From assembly GCA_964553705.1 (NCBI GenBank), contig CAZKKV010000016.1, positions 1-20,886 of the forward strand: a DNA stretch of 20,886 nt, read 5' to 3'. The notes beneath the pieces are model-generated. The model was given only the letters and a program-made list of their open reading frames with translations. It did no database searches and was not told the DNA's origin. Shown in pieces: positions 16,722 to 20,886 of the stretch; within the stretch, counting starts at the first letter, position 1, and each line of letters opens with the position of its first letter. Both the position numbers and the translations under genes were made by a program. The DNA comes from an uncultured Gammaproteobacteria bacterium. GTDB taxonomy: Bacteria > Patescibacteriota > Patescibacteriia > Patescibacteriales > GWC2-42-12.

Positions 16722-16914
16722 TTTGTTTCCTCCTGTTTCAATTATTTTTTATATTGCCGAAAAACATTTGCCTTATTAAGGTATTTTTGATTTTTTATCC
16801 TCCTTAAATTTTGTATTTTAAAGAAACGAAAAATAATTACACAATTCAACATATTTATATAACATATATTTTAAATTTAGTCAATCGTAAAATTTATTTA
16901 TTCTATTTAAATTA

Positions 16915-16946
16915 TAAAAAACTGCTAGTTTTAGCAGTTTTTTTCG
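16915..16946. terminator. perfect hairpin AAACUGCUAG-UUU-UAGCAGUUU flanked by an A-run and T-run (bidirectional intrinsic terminator) immediately 5' of repeat copy B
   Basis: 8-9 bp perfect stem, TTTTTTT follows on the plus strand, A-run precedes. Confidence 0.55.
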
Positions 16947-16947
16947 T

Positions 16948-17007
16948 GGGTCACGTCGTGAAGGAGATTGGAACTGTATTTAAAGATATTGATGAACATA
17001 TTTATAT
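16948..17007. repeat. copy B of the ~60-nt direct repeat
   Basis: see copy A; lies about 225 nt upstream (minus strand) of the SPFH lipoprotein gene start; falls inside six-frame ORF 16811-17035, which is judged spurious. Confidence 0.75.
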
Positions 17008-17026
17008 ACCGAATCTAATGCAATAT

Positions 17027-17797
17027 TTAATTTAAAGTGGCTATCCATTTTTTAAATATTTTTTTAACTTCATTTAAATGCTGTTTACCTCTAAAGGTGT
17101 GGGGGGCTCCTTTTATAATATAAAATTCTTTTTTACTCGACAATTTATCATATAACAATTGCTGATGATTAGGTGGTATTGAATCGTCTAATTCTCCCAC
17201 AATAATCAATACGGGCATAGTTAACATATCAGCTTTTCTCAATAAATCATATTTCATCCGATCCTCCATGTGCGACCATTTTAATTTTTTGATTAAACCA
17301 GGTTTTGATTTACTCTCTTGAATTTTCCAACCAGTTCTTTTCCAATTATCTATTTCTTCTTTGGAATGAGCCTTAAGACTTAGTTTCCCGGAAATGAGAG
17401 CGGAAATCGGAGCAATAGCTTTTATTTTTTGAGGATAATTTTCTGCATAATAAGCTATACAAAAACCACCTAGACTGTGACCAGTCAGACAAAATGGCTC
17501 CTTATACCAACTCTGTGTTTCCGCCCAATTAATTACATCTTCTAAATCTTCGTAGTAATTTGTCACCGTAGCATTTTCATATTGACCGTCGCTTTCACCA
17601 ATCGTATTGGTAGTATCAAACATAACAACGGTATAACTGTTTTCCTTAAAAGCGTTTGCGAATGTTCTAATATGATCCTGTTCCTTAAATCCTCCCAATC
17701 CGTGCATTACAAACACTAATCCTTTTTGATTTTGTATCTCTTCAATAGTTACCACTATCTTTTGGTTTTTTCTATTTTTAATAATTTTTTTATCCAT
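17027..17797 (-). CDS. alpha/beta-fold serine hydrolase (esterase/lipase-like)
   Basis: 256 aa; nucleophile elbow LTGHSLGG; HGLGG oxyanion region; C-terminal His-containing motif GAPHTF. Confidence 0.85.
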   Translation of the reverse strand: MDKKIIKNRKNQKIVVTIEEIQNQKGLVFVMHGLGGFKEQDHIRTFANAFKENSYTVVMFDTTNTIGESDGQYENATVTNYYEDLEDVINWAETQSWYKEPFCLTGHSLGGFCIAYYAENYPQKIKAIAPISALISGKLSLKAHSKEEIDNWKRTGWKIQESKSKPGLIKKLKWSHMEDRMKYDLLRKADMLTMPVLIIVGELDDSIPPNHQQLLYDKLSSKKEFYIIKGAPHTFRGKQHLNEVKKIFKKWIATLN

Positions 17798-17840
17798 ATG
17801 ATTTTATTTTAGTTCAATTCCCTAAGTTGGTCAAACAAAA

Positions 17841-17868
17841 AATACCGCTATAATTAGCGGTATTTTTA
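17841..17868. terminator. hairpin ACCGCUA-UAAU-UAGCGGU flanked by AAAAAAU and UUUUU; terminates the tRNA-His transcript (minus strand)
   Basis: perfect 7-bp stem with A/T runs on both sides. Confidence 0.55.
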
Positions 17869-17871
17869 CCT

Positions 17872-17944
17872 GGGTGGCTAGAGGGAATTGAACCCTCGCC
17901 AGCGGCGCCACAAGCCGCTGTTCTACCATTAAACTATAGCCACC
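17872..17944 (-). tRNA. tRNA-His (anticodon GTG) with encoded G-1; CCA not encoded
   Basis: minus-strand sequence G-GTGGCTA TA GTTT AATGGTAGAAC A GCGGC TTGTGGC GCCGC ... GAGGG TTCAATT CCCTC TAGCCAC C; manual cloverleaf; GC-rich relative to flanks. Confidence 0.85.
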
Positions 17945-17998
17945 ATGGACCGCCTTCGGCGGTAAATCTCAAAATACAAAAATCAAATTACAAATAAA

Positions 17999-18532
17999 CT
18001 ATGCTTTGTAAAAATAAATTTTTTCACCATTAGCTTCCAAAATTTTCTCTGCTGTCCAATTTGGTAAAGAAAATTTATAGCTAACAATCGTTGCACCAGC
18101 CCGACATTCAGCTCTAAACTTTTTAGCCAATTTATTCATCATTTTCTGATTTAAATAACAGTATATCAAATCCGCTTCGCCGACGTCAATCTTGAATAAA
18201 TTTTTCTTTTTGAATTCTATCCTTAATCCTTGGCAAGCTGACTGAATGCAAGATATAAAATACGGCCAAAAAGAATTTTCTATACCAATCAAGTTGACAT
18301 TTGAAAATTTCGTACGAGCCGCTTTCAAAAAACCAGCTCTACCACTTCCTAATTCGTAAATTTTATTTATTTGGACTAAATCAACGCTGTCTAAAACTTT
18401 TTTTACCACTTCTGATTTACTAGAAATAAACGGCGCAAATCCACGAAAAATAATATTAAAAAACATTTCACCCAACAAAATCATCACCATCAAAATTATT
18501 ACGCCTGAAATAATAAAAAATGATTCCGTCAT
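17999..18532 (-). CDS. membrane-anchored class I SAM-dependent methyltransferase
   Basis: 177 aa; N-terminal TM helix; motif I ELGSGRAGF; lies between two tRNA genes. Confidence 0.65.
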   Translation of the reverse strand: MTESFFIISGVIILMVMILLGEMFFNIIFRGFAPFISSKSEVVKKVLDSVDLVQINKIYELGSGRAGFLKAARTKFSNVNLIGIENSFWPYFISCIQSACQGLRIEFKKKNLFKIDVGEADLIYCYLNQKMMNKLAKKFRAECRAGATIVSYKFSLPNWTAEKILEANGEKIYFYKA

Positions 18533-18568
18533 ATGTTTAAATTAATTTTAAATTCTTAATTCACCTAG

Positions 18569-18640
18569 TACGCCCAGAGGGAATCGAACCCCCATAGCCA
18601 GCTTAGAAGGCTGGTGTTCTATCCGTTGAACTATAGGCGC
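18569..18640 (-). tRNA. tRNA-Arg (anticodon TCT); acceptor stem has G·U pairs; CCA not encoded
   Basis: minus-strand sequence GCGCCTA TA GTTC AACGGATA GAAC A CCAGC CTTCTAA GCTGG CTAT GGGGG TTCGATT CCCTC TGGGCGT A; manual cloverleaf. Confidence 0.75.
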
Positions 18641-18802
18641 ATACTATTTTGTTAAATTCTAAATTCAGTTCTTGATTATTTTAATTTCCAAATACTTAAA
18701 ATTTAAAAATTAACTTTCATTCAAAATTCTTAATTCAAAATTCACAATTCTTTTTACTATGGGCGCATACACAAAATAAAAATTGCCCTATGGCAATACA
18801 CT

Positions 18803-18831
18803 AAATTTACCAAAAATATCGTTTTTTGTCA
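18803..18831 (-). promoter_or_regulatory. sigma70-like promoter TTGACA-17-TAAATT (minus strand) about 155 nt upstream of tRNA-Arg; its -35 lies inside the duplicated terminator-promoter cassette
   Basis: revcomp 18826-18831 TTGACA; 17-nt spacer; revcomp 18803-18808 TAAATT; palindrome ATTGCC-ctat-GGCAAT at 18781-18796 near the predicted start. Confidence 0.45.
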
Positions 18832-18847
18832 ATTTTCATATGAAAAA

Positions 18848-18873
18848 AGCACGTTAATTAAAATCAACGTGCT
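18848..18873 (-). terminator. intrinsic terminator AGCACGUU-N10-AACGUGCU followed (minus strand) by UUUUUUCAUAUG; ends the P3-P2-P1 operon
   Basis: 8-bp perfect stem; A-run 18842-18847 on the plus strand; homologous copy at 19993-20018. Confidence 0.6.
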
Positions 18874-18886
18874 TCTGTTTCTTGTG

Positions 18887-19216
18887 TTAGTCATTCTCTT
18901 CTACCCAGTCCTTTTCGTGTTTACAAACTACTACGACAATAGGCTTTTTTCGAGAAATTTCAAGTACGAAATACAATATCCAGCTGACGACTACCCCTCC
19001 AATAAATGCCCCCAAATCAATTTTGTCATTGACAGGAATACGTATTGGCAACAAATCATTCATTGCCGCAAAAAATAACCCAAAAATAAAGAAAAAAATC
19101 TTTTCTACCGTCGGTGAATCTTTTATTAAACTTCTGATAAAAAGACACAAAAACAACCCCATTAAAAAACTAAAGCCATATACCACGTATTGCATTACTT
19201 CTAATGATGATTCCAT
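18887..19216 (-). CDS. small 3-TM membrane protein, paralogue B1 (109 aa), homologous to 20033-20323
   Basis: MESSLEVMQYVVYGFSFLMG... versus MEIIPEIMKYMAYVFSLLAG...; shared IFF.IFG.FF.A...PVN...FGG.V..W..Y; homologous RBS regions; overlaps the upstream gene by 16 nt. Confidence 0.6.
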   Translation of the reverse strand: MESSLEVMQYVVYGFSFLMGLFLCLFIRSLIKDSPTVEKIFFFIFGLFFAAMNDLLPIRIPVNDKIDLGAFIGGVVVSWILYFVLEISRKKPIVVVVCKHEKDWVEEND

Positions 19217-19557
19217 TTTCTTTCACCTTTCTTTTTCACAAAAATTTCTTTTAAGCAAGCAAGAATTGTAAAAAATATGATGGCACATCCTGTCCCAAAA
19301 AGAAAACCATTAACAACAAACTGATTCCAAAATTTTAGCCCCGTCAAAGTGGCGAAAAAAAACATCAAAAACAAAATAACTGAGAAAAAAATTAAATTAA
19401 AAGTAAAATGATATATTTCTATCTTTCCCCATAGTTTCCCTGGCGGTAATTTTTGTATTACAGGAATCATAACAATCGCAACGGCAACAGCATAATATCC
19501 TGCTCCGAGAGCTACAATCCATGCAATCATATTGTAACGAACTATAAAAGATTCCAT
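19201..19557 (-). CDS. small 3-4 TM membrane protein, paralogue A1 (118 aa), homologous to 20314-20649
   Basis: AWIVALGAGYYAV versus AGWFVALATGFLAG; GFLFGTGCAIIFFTIL versus GLFTGAGFFLTLFLI; GGGGAGG RBS. Confidence 0.6.
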   Translation of the reverse strand: MESFIVRYNMIAWIVALGAGYYAVAVAIVMIPVIQKLPPGKLWGKIEIYHFTFNLIFFSVILFLMFFFATLTGLKFWNQFVVNGFLFGTGCAIIFFTILACLKEIFVKKKGERKWNHH

Positions 19558-19578
19558 CTTCTACCTCCCCGATTGATT

Positions 19579-19896
19579 CTAAAAAGGATCATCCTTTTCT
19601 ATTTCGGAATAAACGCCGATGAAAATTAACAAAAAAGTTACTACGCCACAATTAAAAATTTCCACGACAAATTTCATATCAAAAAAATTCATCGAAATAC
19701 TTTCTTGAAAAATGCCATTCATAATCCCGAAAATTATCATACCCATCATAAAAGAAATACCCCAATAACCACTGTCTAAATACTGTTCCATTTCTCTCCT
19801 AAGCATTATCTCTGCTATGGCAGGGAGAAACGTAAACCCCGACAGAAAAATAGAAACAAAACCTAAAGTTAAAATCAAAAATTTAATAAAAATCAT
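19579..19896 (-). CDS. small 3-TM membrane protein (105 aa), first gene of the P3-P2-P1 operon; its RBS/start region is homologous to that of 20314-20649
   Basis: RBS AGAAGGGAGGGAGAGTGAAAAATGATTTTT versus AAAAGGGGAGGGAATGAAAAATGAATTTT; weak protein similarity to the A-type paralogues. Confidence 0.55.
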   Translation of the reverse strand: MIFIKFLILTLGFVSIFLSGFTFLPAIAEIMLRREMEQYLDSGYWGISFMMGMIIFGIMNGIFQESISMNFFDMKFVVEIFNCGVVTFLLIFIGVYSEIEKDDPF

Positions 19897-19992
19897 TTTT
19901 CACTCTCCCTCCCTTCTTTTTTTTCTTTTTTTCAATGAACCTATTTTCTTTTTACTAAAATTACCATCTTTTGTCAATTTTCATATGAAAAA

Positions 19993-20018
19993 AGCACGTT
20001 GGTTGAAATCAACGTGCT
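19993..20018 (-). terminator. intrinsic terminator, second copy of AGCACGUU-N10-AACGUGCU plus U-run, ending the P5-P4 operon; the embedded TTGACA(-35)-17-TAAAAA promoter for P3-P2-P1 follows
   Basis: the ~70-nt segment 19969-20043 is about 90% identical to 18824-18897. Confidence 0.6.
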
Positions 20019-20032
20019 TCTGTTTTTTTGTG

Positions 20033-20323
20033 TTAATCATCCCTTCCCACCAAACCCTCATCACTTTTATAACTTAGATAGGATAGCCAAAAGATAACTA
20101 TTCCACCAAAAAATATCGAATAACAAGTTACCGTATTAACAGGGGCAGATACTACAAGATGACCGGCTTCGCTTGCCGAAAATAACGCACCAAACAAAAA
20201 AATTATCGTTTTCTTTATTGACCAGCCTATTGCTAAGCTAGCGAAAAAAAGGGCAAAAAGCCACCCAGCAAGGAGGCTAAATACATATGCCATATATTTC
20301 ATTATTTCTGGAATTATCTCCAT
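20033..20323 (-). CDS. small 3-TM membrane protein, paralogue B2 (96 aa)
   Basis: see 18887-19216; even its 3' end and terminator are homologous. Confidence 0.6.
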   Translation of the reverse strand: MEIIPEIMKYMAYVFSLLAGWLFALFFASLAIGWSIKKTIIFLFGALFSASEAGHLVVSAPVNTVTCYSIFFGGIVIFWLSYLSYKSDEGLVGRDD

Positions 20324-20649
20324 TCTTCCTCACCTCTCTTTCCAACATCTTTACAAGAAACTTTCCTACAATATTTTTTAAAATGATAAATAAGAAAAAG
20401 AGTAAGAAAAAACCCCGCACCAGTAAAAAGACCTATGGCGACATACAAGAGGTCAATTACTCTTGGTCCAACCAAGATGTCAAGAAAAATCATTATGGTT
20501 AAAATCGCCAGTAGAGAGAAAAAACAACGAAAAATAAAACGATCTTTTTGTCTGTCTATCAATAATTCTATCATGAATCCAGCAAGAAAACCTGTTGCAA
20601 GAGCCACAAACCATCCTGCTATGTTGCAAAATAATCCAGCAAAATTCAT
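20314..20649 (-). CDS. small 3-4 TM membrane protein, paralogue A2 (111 aa)
   Basis: see 19201-19557; overlaps the downstream gene by 10 nt; GGGGAGGG RBS. Confidence 0.6.
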   Translation of the reverse strand: MNFAGLFCNIAGWFVALATGFLAGFMIELLIDRQKDRFIFRCFFSLLAILTIMIFLDILVGPRVIDLLYVAIGLFTGAGFFLTLFLIYHFKKYCRKVSCKDVGKRGEEEWR

Positions 20650-20748
20650 TTTTCATTCCCTCCCCTTTTATAATTTTTTAATTTTTAATGTTCATTTTAA
20701 AATTATTAAATATTAACAAGACAACGACTTTTTGTCAATATAGATGAT

Positions 20749-20886
20749 TATTTTCTTTTCTTACCGTGAAATGCTTTGTGGACATCACGCAACTGTTGAT
20801 CAGTAATATGAGTATAGACTTGTGTGGTGGTAATTGATGAATGACCAAGCATCGCTTGCACGCTCCTGATATCCGCCCCGCCCATC
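20749..20886 (-). CDS. tyrosine-type site-specific recombinase/integrase (XerC/XerD-like), C-terminal fragment; gene continues beyond the window end
   Basis: minus-strand translation ...[43 protein letters not shown] carries the catalytic-Tyr box LGHSSIxTTQVYTH; TAA stop is revcomp of 20749-20751. Confidence 0.8.

Noticed and set aside
16811-17035. 74-aa plus-strand ORF spanning repeat copy B
   Set aside because: Its N-terminal half is AT-rich filler and it reads through a terminator hairpin. The same frame in copy A lacks a start, so the repeat is more likely non-coding.
8976-20716. Remaining short six-frame ORFs antisense to or nested within the 9187-9849 gene, the ATP-grasp ligase, the SPFH lipoprotein and the small-membrane-protein array (8976-9212, 9173-9440 set, 14785-15069, 15988-16779 set, 18869-19271, 19817-20077, 20287-20716)
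   Set aside because: They lie antisense to, or nested within, confidently assigned genes and have low-complexity or hydrophobic-junk translations.
1-20886. Alternative genetic code (UGA or UAG recoding, as in some CPR lineages) as the explanation for the in-frame stops
   Set aside because: The three interruptions use three different stop codons. TAG and TGA also function as ordinary terminators here, and the long conserved ORFs contain no in-frame stops.
1-20886. CRISPR arrays, rRNA genes, complete IS/transposon
   Set aside because: No regularly spaced short direct repeats, no rRNA-like conserved blocks and no transposase ORF were found. The only recombinase is the truncated integrase at the window edge.

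Overview
AT-rich (~32% GC) bacterial chromosomal window with strong AGGAGG-type ribosome-binding sites. It is possibly from a Patescibacteria/CPR-like or other low-GC lineage, but taxonomy cannot be fixed from sequence alone. A housekeeping backbone (rpsF-ssb-rpsR operon, ychF, cold-shock protein, MATE efflux pump, a GC-rich structured RNA that I read as RNase P RNA, tRNA-His, tRNA-Arg) is interleaved with accessory-looking content. That content includes an XRE regulator plus small membrane protein module with a palindromic operator, and a tandem ATP-grasp ligase plus CxxCxxCC (YkgJ-like) operon. An SPFH lipoprotein gene is flanked by a ~60-nt direct repeat (92% identical, each copy beside an intrinsic terminator). 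A duplicated module of small paralogous multi-TM proteins sits between tRNA-Arg and the 3' end of a tyrosine recombinase gene at the window edge. Three otherwise intact-looking genes carry single in-frame stops, one of each type (TAA, TAG, TGA), while TAG and TGA also terminate other genes normally. This argues for pseudogenes or errors rather than a recoded genetic code. In several stem-loops a G·U pair on one strand is a C·A mismatch on the other, which suggests the transcribed strand. Several six-frame ORFs inside GC-rich or structured segments are judged spurious. No CRISPR array, rRNA or complete transposon was seen.
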